From assembly GCA_951406725.2 (NCBI GenBank), contig OX597824.1:50096001-50160000 (forward strand): a DNA stretch of 64,000 bases. The letters are read 5' to 3'. Positions 30,633 to 41,590 of the stretch are shown one piece after another (the stretch's first letter is position 1; every line of letters begins with the position of its first letter). The DNA is from Octopus vulgaris. Taxonomy: Eukaryota. The translations under genes and the position numbers were made by a program. The notes beneath the pieces are model-generated. The model was not told where the DNA came from, did no database searches, and saw only the letters and a program-made list of their open reading frames with translations.

Positions 30633-32145
30633 CACACTGTTTCAAAATTTTAACGACGTAACATTTTAAAAATTCTATCTAAAAAATACTCGTTGGGATT
30701 CAACAAAATTTTCACAGAATGATGGCAACAGTTATAGGCGTGGTGTGTAAAAAATGCGATTTGTCTTAAAACAATACAGAAACTATAGCCATTTACCAAA
30801 TTTCCGTAAACTTTCATTGTTTCAAATTATTAGGGAGGCGTAATTAAAACTCATGTAAACAAGATAATATCAATTTAATTGTTTGATTTACATACTGAAA
30901 TGAACAGACGCAGTCACAAGCATGGAAGAAATACAAATAAACAAATAAACAGCGTTCAAAAATGATAGGTGAACTAGTTAGTAAGGAATATATGAGCGTT
31001 TGTTTGAAATAAATTGGGAAAGACGCTGGTCCATGGAAGATGCTGATTTCTGGATCTCCTCTGATGTTGTACCACGCAATACATACACTATTGCCTGCCA
31101 CACTTCCTCCTTGCCCCCAAATTGGCGTCCATTCTTGTAAACTTGTTGCTTTAGAATAATATATTGTGGTTAACCCGGAAAACAAGCAGGCCACTTCATC
31201 TTTCGATGTCTAGTTGTTGCAGATGCTCTAGTTTTCTTCGCTGAGTGCGAGGACGCATTATCTTACACTAATATTATGGTTGTCTTGGTGATCCTTTGCT
31301 TTTTTAACTAAGAATCAAGGTGCTCTTTCAGAAACGCTATATAAGAATCCACAGTAATTTGAACACCGTCCAACCATAATGCCTCTAATAATACCTACTC
31401 AAATCTCGCCCTTGTTAGCGTGTCAAGCGTTGATGATGGTCTCGTCCATTTACAACCCGTCCTTGCTCCAACCAGCAGGTCCTTCAAGAGTAGTCCGAGT
31501 TTTGTCCGTAAACAAAACTTTTCGAAAAGTCGACCTTCATTTTATCTTCTGCTCATTTCAGACGATTTTGTATGTGTATTTTGTTTAAAGAGGTCCTTTT
31601 ACTTGATGTCACTGGTTTACCGATCTTTTTCAGAAGAGGACATCGGGGAGTTCTGGACACAGTTGTTTCACCAATGAGCTTGAAAAGACCTCTTGTAAGA
31701 CCTGGGTCGTTTAAAGCTCCACTTGTAAGACCTGGGTCGTTTAAAGCTTCACACTTAATTCGTGACAGAGAACGTATCTTCGTAGAAGCTGTAACAAATT
31801 TCTTCACAGTTTGGTGACATCTTCCAATTATTTTAGATAATTCTAATGCTGATTTGTCTTTGCAAGTTCAGAAGTAATAACAGATTTCTCTTAAACAGCT
31901 AAGTCACATTTACGCCCCATAATTATACGCTTATCAGACCACTCGTTATTAATTTGGACCACTGAAAGTTCGTGGAAATGATGTAAATGGCCATGGTTTG
32001 TTTACACTTGCGCAAATCCTCACATTTTTACACCCTATGCGCATACAATTGTTGCCATCATTCTGTGAAAATTTCGTTGAATTCCAACTGGTGGTTTTCA
32101 AATAAAAGTACAAATGTGTAAAATCGTTATTGATTTGAAACGCAG

Positions 32146-32146
<1 letters not shown>
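30633..32146 (-). mobile_element. Decayed Tc1-like transposon with long (~130 bp) TIRs
   Basis: aaattttcacagaatgatggcaaca / tgttgccatcattctgtgaaaattt inverted; minus-strand remnants MGRKCDL, DNASSHSA, WPACFPG. Confidence 0.8.
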
Positions 32147-32176
<30 letters not shown>

Positions 32177-32177
32177 C

Positions 32178-32522
32178 GCACAGGAGGGACTGTGTGGTAA
32201 GTAGCTTGTTTACCAACCACATGGTTCCAGGTTCAGTCCCACTGCGTGGCACCTTGGGCAAGTGTCTTCTACTATAGCCTCGGGTCGACCAAAGCCCTGT
32301 GAGTGGATTTGGTAGACGGAAACTGAAAGAAGCCCGTCGTATATATGTATATATATATGAGTGTGTGTGTGTGTGTCTCTGTTTGTCCCCCTAGCATTGC
32401 TTGACAACCGATGCTGGTGTGTTTATGTCCCCGTTACTTAGCGGTTCGGCAAAAGAGACCGATAGAATAAGTACTGGGCTTAGCCGCAGTCAAATGACTG
32501 AAACAAGTAAAAGAGTAAAAGA
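32178..32522 (+). mobile_element. tRNA-derived SINE, family A (best-preserved copy)
   Basis: A-box-like tgtgtggtaag, B-box-like ggttcagtccc, core ccttgggcaagtgtcttc, tail gaaacaagtaaaagagtaaaagag. Confidence 0.9.
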
Positions 32523-32527
32523 GTATA

Positions 32528-32602
<75 letters not shown>

Positions 32603-32607
<5 letters not shown>

Positions 32608-32949
32608 TATATGAAAGAATGGAGTTATTTTGTGCATTTTGATGTCGACATAAGTCCCTTGATTTTCCTGATGAGAAATCTGCATAATGTACTCCTTATT
32701 TCTTCGGAATTAGGAATATGCAGCCTTCGAAACATATGTCGAGAATAAAGGATATTTGTTAACTAGTCGTTCAACTCCATTCTTTCATATACTTATAATT
32801 TTTAAATAAACATACAAATTTCCGCACGAAGACACGTAGTCTATGTCCTAGGGACGTAGCTTCAACCGTGTTCTTTCTGATGTGAATTTGCTACCCAGGT
32901 ATCGGTTATCTTTCGAATTATCCTTAATAAGATAATTCATTCAATTACT

Positions 32950-32953
<4 letters not shown>
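32603..32953 (+). mobile_element. HHR mini-element with a short inverted left arm, in (TA)n
   Basis: tataagtatatgaaagaatggagtt (32603-32627) is the reverse complement of 32773-32797; (TA)n on both sides. Confidence 0.8.
32662..32746 (+). ncRNA. Type I hammerhead ribozyme
   Basis: attttc-CTGATGA-gaa..ctgcata...tatgcag..ttc-GAAAC-atat-GTC-gagaat; full core, three stems. Confidence 0.88.
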
Positions 32954-33022
<69 letters not shown>

Positions 33023-33027
33023 AATAT

Positions 33028-33057
<30 letters not shown>

Positions 33058-33058
<1 letters not shown>

Positions 33059-33981
33059 GAACAAACTTACTTAGAAATGGATGCGTGCGTTCTGTCGTAT
33101 AATAACAAATTAATGAATAAAACATATGCATATATGCATACATATATGTACGTACCTAAATCTACATGTATATATACATGCATATATGGGTACAGGACAC
33201 CAAAAAAAAAACGTTGAACAGAATGAGAAACGAAAACATAAACACAAAACCAAGGAAATGGACATTTTTCTTAAACAACGAAAAAATAGAGTACAGGATA
33301 AAGAACACAAGGAAAATTCTCCTTCTTCAGTCGCCTCCGTTTCATCTACTCCGCGTTTCGAAGGTCAAGGCGAGACGCGACTTCGGTGAAACATTCCTTC
33401 CCGCAAAAAGCAAATAAATAAAATTTGAGATTTTTTTGCGGAGGGGTAAAAATGGTAACAAAAACAGGACAGTAAAGACAGTACAAAATATAAACAGTAA
33501 AAGACAGGACAAGGAGAATAACAGTAACACAGACAAGGAGAGCTGTTAAGCCAAACGAGAGAAAATTTTACGAACGCTTTTTTTTGAGAACGGCGAAGGA
33601 GGCACAAAAAAGCCGTCTACACTCGAAGGAAGCTAGGTCAGGTAGACAGTAGTTTTCTTGTCGCTGACCAGCGACGGAACAGAGGAGGAGGAGTAAGAGA
33701 AAGGGAATGGTTGCAGAGAAAACAAGAAAGAATGAAGAATGAGAGAGAGGGAGGGAGAGACAGTAAGATAGAAGAAAAGGAAGTCAGAAAGAATGAAGGC
33801 TGAGAAGGGTAGTGGGACAGAAAGGTTAAGAGTGTGCATCATTAATATTAAGAACAAGCTTACTTAGAAATGGATGTGTGCGTTCTGTCGTATAATAACA
33901 AATTAATAAATAAAACGTATGCATATATACATACATATATGTACGTACCTACATCTACATGTATATATACATGCATATATG
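33058..33981 (-). mobile_element. Non-coding PLE-like element: 793-nt period, ~125-nt direct terminal repeats, carrying the scrambled HHR motif
   Basis: ttacttagaaatggatg...catgcatatatg starts at 33067 and again at 33860; left end in (TA)n. Confidence 0.75.
33319..33379 (-). ncRNA. Candidate hammerhead ribozyme with non-canonical (reversed) strand order
   Basis: cgcGTC-tcgcctt-gac-cttc-GAAAcgcg-linker-gaggcga-CTGAAGA-a-ggag; stems CGCGU/ACGCG, UCGCCUU/GAGGCGA, GGAG/CUUC. Confidence 0.6.
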
Positions 33982-34275
33982 TCGCCATGTTTAAGTTGGT
34001 GAATGCTGCCATAATCCTTGGCTTCAGTTCATCTGTTGTGTTAAAAAGAGTTTTGTCGGCCTCTTGCACAACTGCGCCTCACACATAATAATCAAGGGAG
34101 TAGCAGTCAGTGAAGTTAGGTGGTCAGATGTTAAAGGTGAAATGATCGCTGAAATTGTCTGACAGCCATGACTGCTTGTGTGGCATGGTGCAGAGTCCTG
34201 TTGCTAGACATAGGGTCTTCCAGCAGCCAGCCTCTTGACTCAGTGCAGCACCACCTCCTCCAGGCACTTAACGTA
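33982..34275 (-). pseudogene. Tc1/mariner-superfamily transposase C-terminal fragment
   Basis: Manual translation QQDSAPCH and PPNFTDCYSLDYYV*G (cf. WPPNSPDLNPLDYYVWG), then NTTDELKPRI. Confidence 0.75.
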
Positions 34276-34342
34276 AGCATGCGCGAAGTTAAAAATATAA
34301 TATGGTGACAATTTACCCATCGAACCTGCTCTCTCTCTCTCA

Positions 34343-34429
<87 letters not shown>

Positions 34430-34516
34430 GGAGAGAATTCACAAAAAAAGGCGAAGACAGGTGGTGTAGACAACAAACAGATGTATTAGTATAACGCTCG
34501 GGAAGTGTGAAAAAGT

Positions 34517-34552
34517 CTTTAACATTTCGAGCCTACGCTCTTCCACAGAAAG
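34517..34552 (-). ncRNA. Degenerate minimal type I HHR in a PLE pseudo-LTR-like fragment (~34430-34605)
   Basis: cttt-CTGTGGA-a-gagc gtag gctc-GAAAT-GTT-aaag; stems I and II perfect, core altered. Confidence 0.5.
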
Positions 34553-34621
34553 GAACACAGAAAGAAACAAGGAGAGAAAATAAAGAATGTGTAGTGGCTA
34601 GCGATAGAACATTTACAGGCA

Positions 34622-35219
34622 TTAGGGTAGCAAGAATATTCATCGAAAAATTCTTTTTTTTCTCGCTAGACCACTGGTAACTAAGAATTTTTCGATGAAT
34701 ATTCTTACTACCTTAAGATTTTAATTAATGATAAAATGTTTTTTGGCTAATTCTGGAAGAAAATCGGCAATATTTTTATTTAGGGCTGGTTGAGTTCCGC
34801 TTCTGTGCAGTAAATTCAAAAAATTAGAACCTATAGACACGTGGCTGATTACTGATAGCTCCATGTCTATGGATTCAGTCTTGGAAACCTACTGAGGACG
34901 CAGCGCCAGATATAGACTGAAATGATCGTATTTCAATCTGTATTTAAGTCTGCAGAAACCTTGCAGGGTCTAGGATTAAGGTAAATGTTTTTATTTTTCA
35001 ATCACTTTCTGAATTACAACAATTGGTGGTTTGGAGTTTTAACTGCTCTTTCTAGCGAGTCATATATCCTATTCTTCAGGTATCTCTTTTGTGTTTGAAC
35101 GTAAAGTGTATTCTTCTCTGAATAATATATAGTCTATTGACTAATTTTTTCTCGCTAGACTACTGGTAACTAAGAATTTTTCGATGAATATTCTTGCTAC
35201 CCTAAGATATTAATTAATG

Positions 35220-35222
<3 letters not shown>
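34622..35222 (+). mobile_element. HHR mini-element, family 2: 489-nt unit with 33-nt inverted left arm
   Basis: ctcgctagac..ctggtaactaagaatttttcgatgaatattctt at 34662 and 35151; 34622-34654 is an inverted copy; right end in (TA)n; terminal segment homologous to 37631-38590. Confidence 0.85.
34888..34974 (+). ncRNA. Type I hammerhead ribozyme
   Basis: ccta-CTGAGGA-cgcag...ctgca-GAAAC-cttgcagg-GTC-tagg; long internal hairpin in stem II. Confidence 0.82.
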
Positions 35223-35267
<45 letters not shown>

Positions 35268-35312
35268 TGAGAAAGATAGTCAAATGCAGGTATTATTCAT
35301 AAACATATAAAC

Positions 35313-35377
<65 letters not shown>

Positions 35378-35656
35378 CATACATTCAGACACACACACAC
35401 ACACACACACATACACACAGAGTTTAAGACATTGAATTCGTGATTCAATCACCACAAGATTTGAATAACATGCGTTTCACTCCATTTCTTAATTTATCTA
35501 TGTTATACAAAAACTTTTCACTTACTCTGGAATTTCTAACTTTATAAGTAGGCTGTAATATCCTTGGCACTTATGTGAATTTTCGCTACCCCGGTAACTA
35601 TTTATTTTTTCCGTGTTATTTATACACATTGAAAAATACACATACATTTATATACA

Positions 35657-35735
<79 letters not shown>

Positions 35736-36047
35736 TCTTGATAGTCACCGGAAAATGACGATTTATTATCGACTGGCTATAATCAGCACGAGTCAATGAA
35801 CATTGGTGCTTGTCAAATTAATCGATCCCGGTACCTTTGGTTCACGAGACACATGTCTAAACATCGGCATCCCAAAATCTCTTGTAATAACGAAACGAGT
35901 ATGTTATGAACACATCACAAAGGAGAAGCTGTTCTCCTGTAAGGAACACGACAGATGGCGCATTTGCGTTCCAATCAGCCTGATCATGTCAAGAATAAAT
36001 ATTCAAGTTATCGTGTTATACATACATACATACATACATACATACAT

Positions 36048-36081
<34 letters not shown>

Positions 36082-36479
36082 GCACACACACGCACACATA
36101 TATATGCATGTATGTATATATACATACATCACGTGATTATTTCGGTCTTCAGTGTCTGTCCAGGAGGAATTGATTGCTATGTCTAGCCGCGGACGTCTTT
36201 CACTGAAAAGTCCAAGAAAAGCCGAAATTGCATGATCTAACAGTTCTGACGGGCGTGGCGGACAGTTATCGCCGGACAGCAACATAAACATTAGTGCTTT
36301 TAAGCACCACAAGTCCATTTGAGTGGTTCTTTCATTGTAAATGACGCAGTATTTTGTATTCTAACACAACATCCACTTTAGCGAATGATAAACATTGCTT
36401 TTTGGTTCGACACTTTCTTACCGAATAACCACGCAGATGATTTGTTTACAGATAAGCTCACTCTCTTCATCAGATCGAC

Positions 36480-36640
36480 ATTACCTGTGCAAGTGCAAAG
36501 GATGACGCATGTCATATGTCGAAATGATCGCAGAGCAACGTGAAATGAAATGCTTTGCTCAAGAACACAACGTAACGCCCGGTCTAGGAATCGAATCCAC
36601 GATCTCGCAATCGTGAGTGCAACACCTTAACCACTAAGCC
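36480..36640 (-). mobile_element. tRNA-derived SINE, family C head
   Basis: Reverse strand ggcttagtggttaaggtgttgcactcacgattgcgagatcgtggattcgattcc has tRNA A/B boxes. Confidence 0.75.
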
Positions 36641-36765
36641 TTGTATTGAAATGTTGCAAGATGCAACGAAACTTTCAGGAAAAATAAATAAGTAAATGAG
36701 TGGAAACTTTACCGGTGAATGTGTTAAATAATAAGGCACTAAGAGGGAATGACTCTTCTCCAGAC

Positions 36766-36841
<76 letters not shown>

Positions 36842-36843
<2 letters not shown>

Positions 36844-37250
36844 CCAATTAAGGACTGAACACGAAAAGTGGACAGTCAACATGCTAGATATAGACGTCAA
36901 ATCGCCATTCTCCACAAAAGATTATGTTCTCAAATCAAACTCAGCACAAAACCAAAGCAATAAACAAGTGAAAATATACGAAATAAAATAATTACACATG
37001 TACTGATCAGTTTCGGCTATTATTATCCGCAAGGATAACTGTAGCATTCATCAGCATGGTCCGTTATAAATGCAATTTGCTGGACTAGATGCAAAAACGA
37101 TACCGGAGTATCGCGTGCATGGAGTTCAACCTATTACATTCGAATGTATCTTTCAAATGCCTTTACTTTGGCGCGTTGAGACCCGAAAAAACCAGCCTGC
37201 AGCTAATAATTAACTGGTTTTAATTGATAAATATCAATTTCTACCCTTAA

Positions 37251-37258
<8 letters not shown>
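36842..37258. mobile_element. HHR mini-element between (TA)n tracts, probably with opposed arms
   Basis: Left end reads gtccttaattggtat on minus and right end ctacccttaattaatatt on plus, both resembling family 1/2 termini; HHR on minus. Confidence 0.6.
36997..37058 (-). ncRNA. Type I hammerhead ribozyme
   Basis: catg-CTGATGA-atgcta..ttatcc ttgc ggataa..tagcc-GAAAC-tgatca-GTA-catg. Confidence 0.8.
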
Positions 37259-37298
<40 letters not shown>

Positions 37299-37301
<3 letters not shown>

Positions 37302-37568
37302 GTCATGTATCGCCTTGACCTTCGAAGCGTGGAATAGATGAAATTAAGGCGACTGAAGAAGGGGAATTTTCCTTGTTTTGTATGTCCTGTACTCTATTTT
37401 TTCGTTGTTTTAAAAAAATGTCCATTTCCTTGGTTTTCTGTTTATGTTTTCGTTTCTCATTGTGTTCGACGTTTTTTTTGTGTTCTGTACCCATATATGC
37501 ATGTATATATACATGTAGAGGTAGGTACGTACATATATGTATGTATATATGCATATGTTTTATTTATT

Positions 37569-37578
<10 letters not shown>
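37299..37578 (+). mobile_element. Truncated second copy of the 33058-33981 element
   Basis: Reverse-complement homology to ~33107-33384; (TA)n on both sides. Confidence 0.85.
37304..37364 (+). ncRNA. Second copy of the scrambled-order hammerhead motif
   Basis: catGTA-tcgcctt-gac-cttc-GAAGcgtg-linker-aaggcga-CTGAAGA-a-gggg; pairings retained, one core change (GAAA to GAAG). Confidence 0.5.
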
Positions 37579-37630
<52 letters not shown>

Positions 37631-37635
<5 letters not shown>

Positions 37636-38590
37636 TCAATATAGGGTAGCAAAAAATTCAATAGAAATTTTTTTCGCCACCAGCGGTCTAGTGAGAAAGA
37701 GAAAATAGTCAGAGACTATATATATAAATTCAACAACAATTGAGGAACGGCCTCAATAGACCATTCGACCCACTAGTAAGAGCAGCCAGGACTCAAACCG
37801 CCAAGTAGTAGTAATTCAGAAATTAAAGGAAAATTAAAAACATTTACCCTATTCATCTTTAGACAATGCATTGTTTCGACGTTTTTAATGGCAAACCAGC
37901 CTAATTAAATTAAATTAAACTTAATCAAGTCAATCTACCAAAGGCTACGTCTCATCGGTAAAGAAGCCAGGAGGGACAGATATACACGAGGCGGCAGTAT
38001 CTATGCCCCGGGAATATCTGCCCTAAAATTTTCAGACCCACCGTAATCGCGCCAAACTTATCAGCAGCAAATATTAACTGCTGATTCAATTTCAGAATTA
38101 GTCAGAAAATCATCAATTAATCAATAGAGGGTAGCAAAAAATTCAATAGAAATTCTTTCGCCACCAGCGGTCTAGTGAGAAAGAGAAAATAGTCAGAGAC
38201 TATATATATAAATTCAACAACAATTGAGGAACGGCCTCAATAGGCCATTCGGCCCACTAGAAAGAGCAGCCAGGTGGGTTTGAAAATTTTAGGGCAGATA
38301 TTCCCGGGGCATAGATACTGCCGCCTCGTGTATATCTGCCCCTCCTGGCTTCTTTACCGATGAGACGTAGCCTTTGGTAGATTGACTTGATTAAGTTTAA
38401 TTTAATTTAATTAGGCTGGTTTGCCATTAAAAACGTCGAAACAATGCATTGTCTAAAGATGAATAGGGTAAATGTTTTTAATTTTCCTTTAATTTCTGAA
38501 TTACTACTACTTGGCGGTTTGAGTCCTGGCTGCTCTTTCTAGTGGGTCGAATGGTCTATTGAGGCCGTTCCTCAATTGTTGTTGAATTTA
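37631..38590. mobile_element. HHR mini-element, family 2: 485-nt unit, head-to-head inverted arms in (TA)n
   Basis: gggtagcaaaaaattc at 37644 and 38129; 38273-38590 is the reverse complement of ~37720-38042. Confidence 0.9.
38352..38458 (+). ncRNA. Type I HHR with CCGAUGA core (mirror copy 37857-37963, minus)
   Basis: cttta-CCGATGA-gacgt...acgtc-GAAAC-aatgcatt-GTC-taaag. Confidence 0.82.
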
Positions 38591-38601
38591 TATATATATA
38601 T

Positions 38602-38638
<37 letters not shown>

Positions 38639-38740
38639 CATACATACATATACATACATACATATACATATATATATATATATTTATATATGTATATATA
38701 TGTGTGTATATATATATATACATGAATATATATATATATA

Positions 38741-38808
<68 letters not shown>

Positions 38809-38811
<3 letters not shown>

Positions 38812-40628
38812 ATTAGAAAAAAAACACCTTTTATCAATTCAAAATGAACAATTAAATTACACCATCTATCTATATATATATATATTTATGTAGTGTCCGG
38901 GTAGTGTTGTTGAACAAGTAATACTTAATATACTATTTTTACTATTTTTATTAATTTTATTTGATTCATGAAGTTTAGATAATTCCCGTATTTCATAAAT
39001 AAATTCCTTTTAGCCTTTTTCATTTATAGTTTTATTCTATTTTTCCACGCAACGTCTCCACTAGTTTTATTTCTTATAGACGCTAAAAACTATTTTTTTA
39101 CGTTTATAATCTAGCGATATCTTCTCAACTAACTTAGCAACGTTCTTTTCTCCTTTTCGTTTGGATTTTGTATTATTTTTGGATTAATGTTTAGCTGTGG
39201 TTAATTTTGTTATTGATATATTAATAGGTATCTGTTAGTTTTAGTTGTGTGTCTTCATATTAGTTTCTCCATAAGTTGTGCTTTTTTCTCACATTTTTTT
39301 AGTTCATGAGGCTTTAATGTTTTTTCATTTTTTCGTATTTTTCATTGATAAAAAAATTTGCCATTTCATTAAGTATTCATTCTATTTCTTTGCACTAAGT
39401 CTCCACGCGATAAATTTTATAAACGTTTTAACTGTTTACTTTAAAAATCAGTTACTCTTTCACTTCGCAAAGCTAAGTTTGACATTTTATCGTTTCTCTA
39501 TTTCATTATTTTTTGAAATATTATTATTTTTCTTGTTATTATTACTGTTGTTATTATATTATTATTTATTTATAATTTATTATTGTTATTGTTATTGACT
39601 GGTTTTGTATAGGACTATTGATTGTGATTGTATATCTTCTTAGTGTATTGTTCTTTGGTTCTAATATTTTTGCACCTTTCTTTAATTTTGGGGTTGATAG
39701 GAATTCTTACTTTCCATTAACATATTATTCTCACTATCATATCTTTATATATATATCTATAGGTATAAGTTACAATAGATATTAATTCCTATTTTTGGTA
39801 TTTTTTAATATATATATACATTTTTAGATATATATATATATATTTATATATAAAGGGATCTAACGAATTAAATTTAATTTGATTTAAGAATTTGTTTAGT
39901 CAGACAATATATTATTTAATTATTAGGTGGCTTATTTATTTGTGATATTTAATTTTAAGTTAATTTGGTATTATATTATTTGATATTTAGTCAACTTTGT
40001 TATAGATTCTTATATTAAATCTATAGATACTACACATGTATATTGATTATATAGTTAGCTTATTTAAGGAGTTTGTATATATTTGAACCAATGTTTTATT
40101 TTAATTCCAATTTAATGACTTGTACAAGATTTGTGTACTTTACTTAATTTTAAAGTATTTAATAATTTAAGTATTGTTTTAGTCTTCACTTATGTATATT
40201 TAATATTTTCATATATATATATATTAAAATATATTTATAAATTAATTATTTTATTGTTCTAATTTATTTTTAACCTGATGAGTGACTATATTTTATCGAA
40301 GTGATTTCTCTACCACTATAATCATTTCTTAAATATAGCCACGAAACACGTGTTGTTATTCTACAAATTATATACGTTATTATTATTATTATTTTTTTGC
40401 AATTTACTTAATCATTGACATTTTATTGTTATTTTAATGTTAATATTTATATTATATGTAATTTTCTAGATGATGTAATTTAATTGTTCATTTTGAATTG
40501 ATAAAAGGTGGGATTTCTTTCTAATTTTTTATAAATAAATTATATTGTGTGAAATTTGATTTAGCATTTCCAAATTGAATTTTTTCTTGTAAGTTTTGGA
40601 TTTTATTCCCTCAAATAATAATAATATT
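38809..40628 (+). mobile_element. Longer AT-rich HHR element with ~58-nt inverted left arm, in (TA)n
   Basis: 38810-38867 is the reverse complement of ~40467-40525; right end attccctcaaataataat. Confidence 0.75.
40271..40358 (+). ncRNA. Type I hammerhead ribozyme with long stem II
   Basis: taac-CTGATGA-gtgactatattt...aaatatagccac-GAAAC-acgt-GTT-gtta. Confidence 0.85.
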
Positions 40629-40716
40629 ATATATATATATATACACATATATATACACATATATATACATGAATATATATATATATACATTTAAATACAT
40701 ACAGACATCTATATAT

Positions 40717-40781
<65 letters not shown>

Positions 40782-41270
40782 TATACATACATCCAGACTT
40801 ATATGTATATACACGCCCATACACACACATACACACGCATATAGTTTAAGATATTGAATTCATGATTCAATCACCACAAAATGTATCAACTGTATTTAAG
40901 ACCTCAATTATTACTATGTCATTAAACTCCTATATATTATTGCAACGCAATAATTAGAAGGGAAATTGGTTTGCATGTACAAAAAAATTTATTAAAACGA
41001 TTTTTCAGTGTCAACATATTTAGTAAAAAAAAAGCGAAGATTACACAAATGATTCACAATTTAATTTTGCTCCACAGCTATTCCAACTGTTAGAATACAA
41101 ATATCATCATTCATATAATTACCTAATTTATTTATATAAACGCATTTTTGATTAATTAATTTAAATGGGATGGATTCATTAATTTGTTACGTAATTACAC
41201 AAATGATGTTTGTGTTCGATAAATCACCTGTGAAATCTTTGCTGTTACACTATTTGTTATATATTTAGAT

Positions 41271-41590
41271 CAGTGGATCTTCACCGTGGTCCATTTAACT
41301 CCTTGGGGGTCCACAGAAGCAAAATATCAAAATGGAAACCCGCAGTAATATTTGAAGGGTCTATGAAAATATTTTGATTTAGATGTATTTATTGTAAAAA
41401 TCAACTAAATGTTTTTCTCTAACGTTTTAGATAGTTCAACCTCCACGAGTGAATGCGTGAAAAACAAAATAGGAATTTTGAAAGAAGGTTATATAAAAGT
41501 GGTTTGTAAAACATCGAATGGCTTTGGGGTCCACCATAACGGAACAATAATCAAACGAGTCCATAGCCAAAACATGGTAGAGAACCCTTG
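41271..41590. mobile_element. hAT-type MITE with 8-bp TSD
   Basis: Ends cagtggatct / agaacccttg; identical atttagat at 41263-41270 and 41591-41598; subterminal gggtcca motifs. Confidence 0.85.

Noticed and set aside
36585-36640. tRNA-like sequence
   Set aside because: SINE head without a complete cloverleaf or acceptor stem
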